Assembly (NCBI GenBank): GCA_963823765.1
Contig: CAWGML010000001.1
Coordinates: 131,642 to 195,641, forward strand
Direction of reading: 5' to 3'
Source of the DNA: Candidatus Dormiibacterota bacterium
GTDB taxonomy: Bacteria > Chloroflexota > Dormibacteria > Aeolococcales > Aeolococcaceae
Length of the DNA stretch: 64,000 nt
Shown: positions 1 through 8,776 of the stretch, one piece after another
Numbering within the stretch: position 1 is the first letter of the stretch
How the letters are laid out: each line of letters starts with the position of its first letter
Notes under the pieces: generated by a model
The model's input: only the letters and a program-made list of their open reading frames with translations
Databases searched by the model: none
Told to the model about the DNA's origin: nothing
Position numbers and translations under genes: made by a program

Positions 1-88
1 TCTGCGAGCAACGGCGGGGCAGCGCAAATAATTCCTGGCGACGCGACGACGCTGCTCATCAAGCCCCCTCCCGAGGTAGTGTGCGACC

Positions 89-841
89 GTGTCGACACGC
101 CGGCAGCGACGCTCGAGGCCACTCTTCTCGCACGCGGAGGACGACCGCGTCCCGGGGGCGGGAAACCCGCTGATCGACGCCGTCACTCCGGGCTTCGCCG
201 TCCTCGGGATCCGTCCCTTCACCCGCCGGCGGCCGCGCCATCTCCGCGCCGGCAACGCCCGGCTGGTGGCGATCTCCGGCGCCGCGATCCTCCTGCTCCT
301 GCCGATTCCGTACGCGACCGCGCTGTTCCTGGACGCGCTCTGGCAAGTCCACTATTTCAGCGCGCTGCTGCTCATTCCGCTCATCATCGTCAAGCTGGGC
401 GCCACCGCCTGGCGTGCGCTCGGGTATTACCGCGGCGACGGAGGCTACCGCGGCGATGGGCCCCCGCACCCGATGCCGCGGCTGACGGCGCCGATCCTGG
501 TAGCTGCCACTGTCGTCCTGTTCGGCAGTGGCGTGGTGATGATGTTCGGGACCAGTCGCTTTGGACCGTGGAGCACCATCCACAACGGCGCCGCGATCGT
601 CTTCACCGGTGCACTGGGCCTCCACCTGCTTGCCCACCTCTGGGACACGCCCGCCGAGGCAGCGGCCGATGTTGCGCCCGCGCTGGTCGCCGCACCGGCG
701 CACGCGGTGCCGGGTGCGCGCCGTCGGGTCGCCGCGACGGTGGCGGCCTTCGCCATCGGCATCACCGTCGCCGCCGCCGCCATCCCTGTCGAGCGGTGGC
801 TCCCGTCAGAGCGAGTGGGTGCACATCACCGCGACGGGTGA
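89..841 (+). CDS. hypothetical integral membrane protein
   Basis: 250-aa ORF with a GTG start. It has about four hydrophobic helices (AISGAAILLLLPIPYATALF, YFSALLLIPLIIVKLGA, APILVAATVVLFGSGVVMMFG, AAIVFTGALGLHLLAHL). No family recognised. Confidence 0.45.
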   Translation: MSTRRQRRSRPLFSHAEDDRVPGAGNPLIDAVTPGFAVLGIRPFTRRRPRHLRAGNARLVAISGAAILLLLPIPYATALFLDALWQVHYFSALLLIPLIIVKLGATAWRALGYYRGDGGYRGDGPPHPMPRLTAPILVAATVVLFGSGVVMMFGTSRFGPWSTIHNGAAIVFTGALGLHLLAHLWDTPAEAAADVAPALVAAPAHAVPGARRRVAATVAAFAIGITVAAAAIPVERWLPSERVGAHHRDG

Positions 842-851
842 CGACGCACGA

Positions 852-1028
852 TCAGCTGCGCGTTGGTTGACGAGACCCGTACACCGCCAAGGCTGCGGCG
901 ATCACGCCGAGCACAACTGCGACCGCCAGTGTGCGCTCCCAGTGGATGGGGTGAGCCACCACGGCGACGACCGCGGCGACAACGCACGCCGCAACGACAA
1001 CCCACGCAGCCAGGACAAGTTTGCTCAT
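852..1028 (-). CDS. small hypothetical membrane protein (58 aa)
   Basis: ATG..TGA ORF below the track size cut-off. It reads MSKLVLAAWVVVAACVVAAVVAVVAHPIHWERTLAVAVVLGVIAAALAVYGSRQPTRS, with two predicted TM helices. Confidence 0.3.
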   Translation of the reverse strand: MSKLVLAAWVVVAACVVAAVVAVVAHPIHWERTLAVAVVLGVIAAALAVYGSRQPTRS

Positions 1029-1091
1029 GCGGGGCAGCCTAGCCGATCAGCTCGGCCACGCCGCGTCCCAGGTTCGGGCAGACTTCACCGC

Positions 1092-1826
1092 ATGCGCGCT
1101 GTCGCCGACGTCTTGGCGGGACTGCGCCGGTCGTATCTCTTCGAGGACCTGACGCTGGAGGAGATCGCTCCGCTCGCGGCCGTGTCGGGGGTCCGCACCC
1201 TGGTGCGCGGGGAAGCGCTGTGCCACCCCGGTGACCCTGCCGACGAGATCTGGGTGGTGCTCTCCGGCGAGGTGAAGGACGCGGTCGCGGATGCCGATGG
1301 CTATGAGGTGATCCACTTCATTCACGGCCCGGGCATGACGCTCGGCGAACCCGGCTACTTCGCCGTTGAACGCACCCGCATCCTCGAGATCATCGCCATC
1401 CAGCCGTCCACGCTGATCCGCCTCGAGCGCGACCACCTCACGCCCTTCATGGATCGCCATCCGCAGGTCAAGGACCGGGTGCTGGAGGCGTTGGCATCCA
1501 ACACTCGGTGGCAGACCACCATGATCACTTCGGCCGCCACGCGTCCGCTCACCGAACGCCTGATTCTCCGGCTGCTCGAACTCTCGGAATCGAGCCCTGC
1601 CGGCCGCGACGGTGCGGCGACCACCCCGAAGATCTCGCAGTCGACCCTCGCGTCGATGATCGGGGTGAGTCGAGAGAACGTGAATCGGGCCTTGGCGGCG
1701 CTCGCCGTCGATGGTGCGATCCGCCAGGAGGGTGGCCGGTACGTGCTCGTCGACGAGGCCCGGCTGCGCCGCCAGGTAGGCAGGGATTGGCCACTGGCCG
1801 GCCGGCGTGACCGGCGCGCCGAATGA
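1092..1826 (+). CDS. Crp/Fnr family transcriptional regulator
   Basis: Internal ATG of the 561..1826 ORF. The N-terminal cNMP-binding-like domain reads LFEDLTLEEIAPLAAVSGVRTLVRGEALCHPGDPADEIWVVLSGEV. The C-terminal HTH reads ISQSTLASMIGVSRENVNRALAALAVDGAI. Confidence 0.85.
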   Translation: MRAVADVLAGLRRSYLFEDLTLEEIAPLAAVSGVRTLVRGEALCHPGDPADEIWVVLSGEVKDAVADADGYEVIHFIHGPGMTLGEPGYFAVERTRILEIIAIQPSTLIRLERDHLTPFMDRHPQVKDRVLEALASNTRWQTTMITSAATRPLTERLILRLLELSESSPAGRDGAATTPKISQSTLASMIGVSRENVNRALAALAVDGAIRQEGGRYVLVDEARLRRQVGRDWPLAGRRDRRAE

Positions 1827-1839
1827 CCAGCGGATAGAT

Positions 1840-1860
1840 CCTGTGTCGCCGGATCACAGG
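1840..1860. promoter_or_regulatory. candidate Crp/Fnr-type operator (inverted repeat CCTGTG-N9-CACAGG)
   Basis: The sequence cctgtgtcgccggatcacagg lies 14 nt after the Crp/Fnr stop and about 100 nt upstream of the GT1 start. It contains TGTG..CACA half-sites. The spacing is one nt longer than the classical TGTGA-N6-TCACA. Confidence 0.2.
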
Positions 1861-1957
1861 CGATTGGTGATCCAGCGACATGGCGCGTTGGCACACCCGG
1901 CGTGATGCTCCTCGTCACGCGTTGCCGCGCGTGGGATGAGGAGGTCCAAGCGACCGG

Positions 1958-3073
1958 ATGACCGAGCCCGGCAAGTTCCTGATCGTGACCTGGGACGGGG
2001 GTGGCAACACCCCGCCGATGGTCAATCTGGGTGCCCGGCTGGTCGGTCAGGGACACCGCGTTCGGCTGCTGGGCTGGGAGACGATGAGGGCGCGTGCATC
2101 AATCGCCGGCCTCGAGTTCGGGACCTATCCGTCGGTGCCGCCCTGGCCGGCGCACCTCGCCTTCGAGGACGCATGGGAAGACCGGGTCGAACCAGCGCTG
2201 CACAGTGCCGCGACCCGCGACGACATCCTTGCCCACGCCACGGACTTCGGCCCCGATGTCGTGGTGGTGGACTGCATGATGAATGCGGCTTACGAGGCGG
2301 CGATCCTGCTCGGCATGCCGTCTGCCGTGCTCGTCCACCTGATCTACTCGCGGTTCGCTGACGCATGGGGAGACGACGCCGAGCGCGCGAAGCGAGGTGC
2401 CTTCCTGCGGGAGATGGATGCGGTGCTGGCGCTGGTGCCGCCTGGGTTCGATGAACCGTGCGCGATGCCGGTGAACACGGCGTACGTCGGTCCGATCAAC
2501 GACCCGAACCCGTGCGGCCGGCTCGACACGGCCGATGTCACGTTGCTCACCGAGCCGGGCGATCCATGGGTGCTGCTGAGCCTGGGCACGACCCAACAGA
2601 GACAGCTGGCTGCGCTGCCGATCATCCTCGACGCCGTCGCAGCACTTCCGGTCCGCGTGCTGCTCACCCTGGGCGGTGTCCTGCAGCCCACCAGCGTCGC
2701 GGCGCCATCCAACGTGGCGGTGCGCGGCTTCATCGCTCACGACCTGCTGCTCCCTCACATGTCCGCGGTGATCTCCCATGCCGGCCTCAGCACGATCAAC
2801 GCAGCGCTCACCGCCGGGGTGCCGCTGTTGTGCATCCCCCAAGGTCGTGACCAGTACGACAATGCTGAGCGGGTGGCGCGATCCGGTGTCGGACGTGCCC
2901 TCGGCACCGAGGCGAGCGCAACAGAGATTGCCGTGGAGCTCACCGACGTCCTGGGTGACCAGGGCGCGCAGCGCCAGGCCGGCCGATTCGCCGAGGTCAT
3001 CGCCGAGCTTGGTGGCGGTCAGTGCGCCACGCGCATGGTGACGGACCTCCTCGGAGACACGAAGCGCGCCTGA
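1958..3073 (+). CDS. glycosyltransferase, GT1 family (MGT/UDP-glycosyltransferase type)
   Basis: 371 aa. The N-terminus reads FLIVTWDGGGNTPPMVNLGARLVGQGHRV. The C-terminal nucleotide-sugar signature reads HAGLSTINAALTAGVPLLCIPQGRDQYDNA. Confidence 0.85.
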   Translation: MTEPGKFLIVTWDGGGNTPPMVNLGARLVGQGHRVRLLGWETMRARASIAGLEFGTYPSVPPWPAHLAFEDAWEDRVEPALHSAATRDDILAHATDFGPDVVVVDCMMNAAYEAAILLGMPSAVLVHLIYSRFADAWGDDAERAKRGAFLREMDAVLALVPPGFDEPCAMPVNTAYVGPINDPNPCGRLDTADVTLLTEPGDPWVLLSLGTTQQRQLAALPIILDAVAALPVRVLLTLGGVLQPTSVAAPSNVAVRGFIAHDLLLPHMSAVISHAGLSTINAALTAGVPLLCIPQGRDQYDNAERVARSGVGRALGTEASATEIAVELTDVLGDQGAQRQAGRFAEVIAELGGGQCATRMVTDLLGDTKRA

Positions 3074-3077
3074 CACG

Positions 3078-4337
3078 TCAGCGCGCCTGGTGCTGGAGCT
3101 CGCTCAGCTTGGCCATCAAGGGGGCTGAGGCCGGCTCGCTCCAATCCGGTGTGAGGATCCCGTACCAGTCCGGACGGCTCGGTTGGCCGGACACGCCGGC
3201 GGGCCGGTCACCGTTCAGCGGCCAGTATGCCCAGCTCACCTGCAACTCCTTCATGTAGTCGACCAGGTAGCTGAACCACCGCCCCTGGTTGTTCGGCGAG
3301 TCAGCGTCGGTGAACACGTGCGGCGCGGTGTCGTCGCCGGGACGAAACCCGTTGGGGGTACCGAATTCGCCGACGTAGACGGGAGCGAGGCCCTGCTTGA
3401 CGATGAAGCCCCAGGCCTGGTCCCAGACCGAGCGACAGGCGGCAGCTGTTTCAGCTGTGGTGTTCGGTTGGCACCAGGGCATCTGCGCGTGCATGTCGGG
3501 ACCGTAGTCGTGGACGGAGTACACCAGGCGCCCGGGGATCGACAGCGTGATGTGGCGCGGCGCGCGTCGTCGTCCGCCGCTGTGTGCAACCCCGCACAGG
3601 TTCCCGCCCGGCCAGTACAGGTGGCGCTCTCCGGCGAGGAAGGGACCACTCGGGTCACCGCGCACGCCCTCGACAAAGACCAGCAGGTTCGGGTTCACCT
3701 CGAGCACCTGGTTGCCGCCTCTCTCGGCGGCGGCAGCCCAGTCGCGCGGCCAGCGCGTCCAGGGCCGATCCGGTTGTCCCCATACAGCGCCACCGTTAGC
3801 GGGGAACTGGTTCGGGTCGATGGCAGGAGATCCGGGTTCGTTGCGCAGGTCGATGCCGATCACGGTGTCGTCGTCCTTGAAGCGGCCCGCCATGAACCGC
3901 AGGGAGCGCAGCCACTCCGCCTCGCCGAACGCGTCCGAGTACCAGAGCCCGTTCTCCTGCGCACTCCAGCCTGCGGTCGAGCGGTGGTTGTCGAGCACCA
4001 CACGCAGGCCGTGCCTTCCGACGGCGCTGATCACCCCGTCCAGGATGTCGAGCGCAGGCGCGCCGTTGAATTCAGGGTTCGCGGAGACCTCTTCGGTGAT
4101 CGGCGGATTCTCGAACACCAGCTGGTCGCAGAACGGCAGGCGGATGTGGTTGAAGCCAAGCGCCGCGACCATCTCGCAGAGGTCGTCGACGGTTCTCACG
4201 TCCAGTCCCCCCGCCACCATCGAGGCGGACTCGAAGCCGTACCAGTTGACGCCGGTCAGCCGGACGGTGGCTCCGTCGCGGTCGACGATCCTCGACCCCT
4301 CTGCGTGCAGGTATCCGGGGGTTAGGAGCGTTGTCAT
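3078..4337 (-). CDS. glycoside hydrolase family 5 (cellulase-like), no signal peptide
   Basis: Internal ATG (MTTLLTPGYLHAEG) of the 3078..4604 ORF. GH5 motifs present: VNWYGFES, FNHIRLPF, VVLDNHRS, IDLRNEP (acid/base Glu) and VYVGEFG (nucleophile Glu). Confidence 0.85.
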   Translation of the reverse strand: MTTLLTPGYLHAEGSRIVDRDGATVRLTGVNWYGFESASMVAGGLDVRTVDDLCEMVAALGFNHIRLPFCDQLVFENPPITEEVSANPEFNGAPALDILDGVISAVGRHGLRVVLDNHRSTAGWSAQENGLWYSDAFGEAEWLRSLRFMAGRFKDDDTVIGIDLRNEPGSPAIDPNQFPANGGAVWGQPDRPWTRWPRDWAAAAERGGNQVLEVNPNLLVFVEGVRGDPSGPFLAGERHLYWPGGNLCGVAHSGGRRRAPRHITLSIPGRLVYSVHDYGPDMHAQMPWCQPNTTAETAAACRSVWDQAWGFIVKQGLAPVYVGEFGTPNGFRPGDDTAPHVFTDADSPNNQGRWFSYLVDYMKELQVSWAYWPLNGDRPAGVSGQPSRPDWYGILTPDWSEPASAPLMAKLSELQHQAR

Positions 4338-4684
4338 CACGCGGAACTCAGCCGGCCACAGCCGAGCCACTGGCGAAGCGGCTACGCAGGCTCCGAGCGC
4401 TTGGGGCGATCCGCGCCGCCGCGCCGTCTCCGTGTGCGCTTGGGATCGGGTCCGCTGACCTCCGTCCAGGCGTAGCCGGTGGCCACCGCTGTGTCGCGCC
4501 ATACCCGACCGCACCCGGGACAGGTCCAATCGGGTTGCACCGGCCGAGGCCCGGCGACAGCCATCAGCGGGGGCCGGCATGCATGTGCGCTCACGGCGTC
4601 GCATCGTACAGGGATCCTCGGCCTCGGCCGGTACCGTTTCTCGTCACGCGCCATACTCGGCTCCTCTACAGGGGGAGATCCGTG

Positions 4685-6721
4685 ATGTGGCGCCCGTGGT
4701 CGCTGTTGCTCGTGCTACCCCTCGTGGCCCTGGGAGCAGCCGACGCTGCCCCTGCCAGGGCAATGAGCCAGGGTGCCGTCACGCAGTACCTCACTCACAC
4801 AGCGGCAACGCGCACGAGCTCGGCGCCGCCGCCCGCGCCGCCACGCCTGGTGCAGCCCTCGCAGGGGCACGAGTTCGCCGGGTTGGGATCCACCGAGCAG
4901 TACGGCTCGGTCTTCTACAGCTACACGCCCGGTGAACCTGTATTGGCGGTGGGGCCGTCCGATGTCGTCGAGACCGTGAACGAGGCTGCCGGGGTGTTCG
5001 ACAAGAATGGCAACAGGTTGACAGAGCTCGACTTCGGCACTTTCTGGGGCGGCACAATCGCAAACCCCACGCAATGCACCGATCCGCGCGCGCTGTACAT
5101 CGCCAGCGTTGATCGCTTTGCCATCAGTTGCTCCGACATCAGCGGTGGTGCGGCGGAGCCCATGCGCTTTGCGATCTCCGCCTCCGGTGACCCCACTGGC
5201 CCGTGGTTCCGGTACGCGGCGCCGAACACCGGGTTCCTCGACCAGGACAAGATCGAGGCCACCTCGGACAAGTTCGTCATCGCAGGGAACACCAGCTCGA
5301 CCGAGGTCATGTACGTCTACAACCTGGCTGATGTTGTCGGGCACGCGAGCTCACCGCACGTGGTCAAGGTCACGGCCAAGAGATCGAACGTGTACCAGGC
5401 CGCGGTCCAGGAGACAGCCGCCGCTCCCGCGTACTTCGTCAGCTCGTTCCCCAACAACCTCCTGTACCTGGCGACCATCACCGGGACCCCGGCGGCGGCG
5501 AACGTGCACCTCTCCGAGGTCCACGTGCCCGCGGCCGACTTCGCGGCCCCTCACGATCCGCAGGTTCCCGGCGGGACCTTCGACGGCGGCGACGGGCGCG
5601 TGCTCGATGCCGTGTACGAGGTGGAGACGTCGGACTCCAAGCCTGTGATCCAGTACTCGAGCACCCGGTCGTGCGGACCTCGTGACTGTGTGACCAGCGC
5701 CCGCATCGACCTGTCCGGCACCAAGCCTCTGCTCGTCGGCGATGTCCTGGTCGGCTCACCGGGATGGGACTACACATATGGAGCTGTTGGTCTCGACGCG
5801 GCCGGCAACGTCATCGAAGCGTACACGCGGTCGAACTCCGTGACTGGGGCGGGAGCCGCCGTGGTCGGACCGGGCTTCGACGTGGACCTCCAAGCGCCAA
5901 CCTCGGGGACGTCCGTCTGTGACTCGCACGGCACGCCACCCTGTTACGAGCGGTGGGGCGACTACCTCGGCACCGCGGTGGATCCGAGCGACCCCACCAG
6001 CGTGTGGGTCTCCGGCCTGTACCAGGCGTCGGGCGGTCCTTTCGGGTGGGAGACGGTCATCGCGCGTGTCTCGACGACCACGTACTCACTTGCCACGGCG
6101 AGCACGGGTGCAGCCGGCACGCTGAAGGCGACCTCGGCGAAGGTGAGTGGTTCGGTCAACCCAGGCGGCATGTCGACCACGTACCACTTCGACTACGGCC
6201 TGACCACGGGGTACGATGCTTCGACGCCGGAGGTCTCCGCGGGCTCGGGGACCGCGGGAGTGCCGGTGTCGGCGACGCTGACCGGCCTGCAGGCGGGGAC
6301 CCTGTACCACTACCGCCTGGTGGCGACCACCGCTGCCGGGCGCGCCATCGGGGCGGACCGCACCTTCACGACGAAGGGTCCAAAGATCACCTCGGTCGCC
6401 TTCACAGGCACTCCGTCGGCTCCCACCGTGACCGTCACGGGCAAGAACTTCGGCAGCGAGCCCGCCGGTTCGCCGGCCGGCTGCAACGACAGCGGCCAGG
6501 ACTTCGGCACCGCCCTGCTCTTCACCGAGACCACGCAGCAGTGGACGGCCGGCCAGTCCGGCGACTGCATCGGCCTGGTGGTCAGCTCGTACTCTGCGAC
6601 GCGGGTCGTCTTCACGTTCGGGTCCGACTACAGCAACTTCGGGCCCGTGACCTCGGGGGACGGCTATATGGTCTCCGTGGTCGGAGCCACCAAGAGTGGC
6701 ACGGTCGCGTACACATCCTGA
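4685..6721 (+). CDS. secreted protein: propeller/sialidase-like N-terminal region plus FN3-like and Ig-like C-terminal domains
   Basis: Signal peptide MWRPWSLLLVLPLVALGAADAAPARA. The N-terminal ~430 aa are paralogous to 17953..19813, sharing DPRALY..DRFAIS, DPTGPW and C..RWGDY. The C-terminus has the FN3-like segment STTYHFDYGLTTGYD...LQAGTLYHYRLVA. Confidence 0.7.
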   Translation: MWRPWSLLLVLPLVALGAADAAPARAMSQGAVTQYLTHTAATRTSSAPPPAPPRLVQPSQGHEFAGLGSTEQYGSVFYSYTPGEPVLAVGPSDVVETVNEAAGVFDKNGNRLTELDFGTFWGGTIANPTQCTDPRALYIASVDRFAISCSDISGGAAEPMRFAISASGDPTGPWFRYAAPNTGFLDQDKIEATSDKFVIAGNTSSTEVMYVYNLADVVGHASSPHVVKVTAKRSNVYQAAVQETAAAPAYFVSSFPNNLLYLATITGTPAAANVHLSEVHVPAADFAAPHDPQVPGGTFDGGDGRVLDAVYEVETSDSKPVIQYSSTRSCGPRDCVTSARIDLSGTKPLLVGDVLVGSPGWDYTYGAVGLDAAGNVIEAYTRSNSVTGAGAAVVGPGFDVDLQAPTSGTSVCDSHGTPPCYERWGDYLGTAVDPSDPTSVWVSGLYQASGGPFGWETVIARVSTTTYSLATASTGAAGTLKATSAKVSGSVNPGGMSTTYHFDYGLTTGYDASTPEVSAGSGTAGVPVSATLTGLQAGTLYHYRLVATTAAGRAIGADRTFTTKGPKITSVAFTGTPSAPTVTVTGKNFGSEPAGSPAGCNDSGQDFGTALLFTETTQQWTAGQSGDCIGLVVSSYSATRVVFTFGSDYSNFGPVTSGDGYMVSVVGATKSGTVAYTS

Positions 6722-6926
6722 GACGGACGCCACCGCGGCTCAACGACATCGGGCTCAACAACAACAACGACTGGCATGACCCTCACAGGTTCGGCAGCCT
6801 TCGCGGTCTTTACAAGTCTTGGTTGCCATCGCCTCCAGCTTCTCCGTACTCTGCGGCCGGCGCTGGTGCCGTGCCGGCCGCCATGCCGTCGCCGGGGGTC
6901 GTGATGAGGCGAGACCTGGATCCCAG

Positions 6927-7424
6927 ATGCGCCAGCGCTCCGGCGTAGGCGTCGTCCCCGAGGGACGCGCCACCGACGATGCGGACAGAACCGCATTCCG
7001 TCGACGGATATCGAGACGCGACCTCTTTGTCGGGGCTGCCACCGCCGCCGCCGCAGTGCCGCCGCTCTTCGCGATGCCGCTCGTCATCGCACACGCCAGC
7101 AGCTCGGCACCGACCATGACCAAGTCCGAGTTCGCGTCATTGGTCGGCACCGACTTCCGCTTCGCCGTGGGCGCAGGCCGCAGCGTCGCCTGCCGGCTGG
7201 AGAGCGTCACCGACCTGCCTGTCCCGCCTCGGTCGCCCGCCCCGGCGCCGGGGGGTGAGGCCTTCACGCTGGTCTTTGTCAGGGCGCAGCGACTTGGCTT
7301 CGGACAGGGCACGTACACGGTCTCCCATCACGGGTTGGGATCATTTCCACTTCTCGTCGTGCCGATCGGTTCGGCGTCGGCAGCGCACCGCTGCGAAGCG
7401 GTGGTGAACAGGCTGTGGTCATGA
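6927..7424 (+). CDS. Tat-signal small secreted protein, accessory protein A1 of the tail-collar operon
   Basis: Twin-arginine signal ISRRDLFVGAATAAAAVPPLFAMPLVIAHA followed by a ~105-aa domain. That domain is paralogous to 7933..8262 (FRFAV..ACRLESV..FTLVF..LLVVPI versus FTVRT..AAELVEV..FSLIF..LFLVPV). Confidence 0.6.
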   Translation: MRQRSGVGVVPEGRATDDADRTAFRRRISRRDLFVGAATAAAAVPPLFAMPLVIAHASSSAPTMTKSEFASLVGTDFRFAVGAGRSVACRLESVTDLPVPPRSPAPAPGGEAFTLVFVRAQRLGFGQGTYTVSHHGLGSFPLLVVPIGSASAAHRCEAVVNRLWS

Positions 7425-7936
7425 GCCAGGCGACGATCAGCCTGCGGCCGGTCGGGGGGCAGGACGACGCCTTCCTTCGCGATGTGTACGCCGCAACCCG
7501 TGCGGAGGAGATGGCGCTCGTCGATTGGCCCGCCACCACCAAGGAAGCATTCCTCGCCATGCAGTTCGACGCCCAGGCCCGCTCCTACCGCGCCAACCAT
7601 CCCGACGCCGACTACTGCCTCGTGCTCGTCGACGGGACACCGGCAGGCCGGCTGTACGTCGAGCGCCGCGCCCACGTGATCCTGCTCCTCGACATCGCGC
7701 TGCTGGCATCGCACCGCAACCGAGGCCTCGGCACGCGGTTGGTCGCGGCTCTGCTCGAGGAGGGCGCCGCGAGGCGCGTTCCGGTGCGACTCCACGTGGA
7801 CCGCCTCAACGAGCACGCACTGGCGATCTACCGCCGCCTGGGCTTTCGCACAGTCGGCGATGGCGACGTGCACCTCCTCATGGAGTGGGCGCCCGCGACC
7901 GCCGCACGGCGCCCGCTCGCGAGCGTCGTGGCATGA
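7421..7936 (+). CDS. GNAT family N-acetyltransferase
   Basis: The ATG overlaps the upstream stop (ATGA at 7421-7424). The acetyl-CoA binding core reads LLLDIALLASHRNRGLGTRLVAALLEEGAARRVPVRLHV...NEHALAIYRRLGF. Confidence 0.85.
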   Translation: MSQATISLRPVGGQDDAFLRDVYAATRAEEMALVDWPATTKEAFLAMQFDAQARSYRANHPDADYCLVLVDGTPAGRLYVERRAHVILLLDIALLASHRNRGLGTRLVAALLEEGAARRVPVRLHVDRLNEHALAIYRRLGFRTVGDGDVHLLMEWAPATAARRPLASVVA

Positions 7937-8262
7937 CACTCGAGACGCCGGTCGCCGCCGCCGGAAAAGGCGCGTTCACCGCCCATCTCCGCTCGATGTT
8001 CACTGTCCGAACCGGCCCGGAGACAACCGTGGCCGCGGAGTTGGTCGAGGTGCTGGACCGCCCCGCGGTGCGGGGGTACGAACAGTTCTCCTTGATCTTC
8101 CGTACACCGAGCGCGACAGCGCCGACGCAGCGCATCTACGAGGTTGCTCACCCGGAGCTGGGACGCCTCGCGCTCTTCCTGGTCCCCGTCCGGCGACACG
8201 TGGATGGCCTCTACTTCGAAGCCGCGTTCAGCCTCGCGACATCACCCACAGCCGAGGGTTGA
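7933..8262 (+). CDS. small protein, accessory protein A2 (signal-less paralogue of 6927..7424)
   Basis: The ATG overlaps the GNAT stop (ATGA at 7933-7936). It is 109 aa and aligns by eye with the mature part of the first gene of the operon. Confidence 0.6.
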   Translation: MTLETPVAAAGKGAFTAHLRSMFTVRTGPETTVAAELVEVLDRPAVRGYEQFSLIFRTPSATAPTQRIYEVAHPELGRLALFLVPVRRHVDGLYFEAAFSLATSPTAEG

Positions 8263-8266
8263 CGAC

Positions 8267-8764
8267 ATGGACCCATATATCGGTGAGATCCGCATGTTCG
8301 CCGGCAACTTCGCTCCGGCGGACTGGGCGTTGTGCGATGGATCACTGCTTCCGATCTCCCAATATGACGCGCTTTTCAGCCTCATCGGCACCACGTACGG
8401 CGGTGACGGGCAGACAACGTTCGCACTCCCCAATCTCCTCGGCCGCGTGCCCGTGCACCAGACCACCGGCTTCGCCCTCGGGCAGACGGCGGGCTCGGAG
8501 GAGGTGACGCTGACGCAGGCGCAGCTGCCGTCGCACTCGCACATTCCCCAGGCCGCCCGGACCAACCAGGGCGTCAACGCGCCCGGCGGGAAGGTCTGGG
8601 CGGCGAGTCCCACGTACAGTGAATACGGGCCGACGCCGGACAGCTCGATGGGCGCGCAGGCGCTGGCCTCGACGGGGGGCGGCCAGCCTCATGACAACAT
8701 GGTTCCCTTCCTGGCCGTCAACTTCATCATGGCGCTCTTCGGCATCTACCCGAGCCAGAATTGA
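8267..8764 (+). CDS. phage tail collar domain protein (MdpB-type), paralogue 1
   Basis: 165 aa reading MDPYIGEIRMFAGNFAPADWALCDGSLLPISQYDALFSLIGTTYGGDGQTTFALPNLLGR. It has HSH at 8534-8542 and the C-terminal segment GGGQPHDNMVPFLAVNFIMALFGIYPSQN. No signal peptide. Confidence 0.9.
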   Translation: MDPYIGEIRMFAGNFAPADWALCDGSLLPISQYDALFSLIGTTYGGDGQTTFALPNLLGRVPVHQTTGFALGQTAGSEEVTLTQAQLPSHSHIPQAARTNQGVNAPGGKVWAASPTYSEYGPTPDSSMGAQALASTGGGQPHDNMVPFLAVNFIMALFGIYPSQN

Positions 8765-8776
8765 TTGTGATGAGCA

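Noticed and set aside
3183-4325. 380-aa plus-strand ORF
   Set aside because: It is antisense to the GH5 gene, which has both catalytic motifs. The plus-strand translation is featureless.
6755-6767. Microsatellite (caa)4 in the intergenic region before the collar operon
   Set aside because: It has only four units, lies outside any ORF or obvious promoter element, and is not repeated elsewhere in the window.
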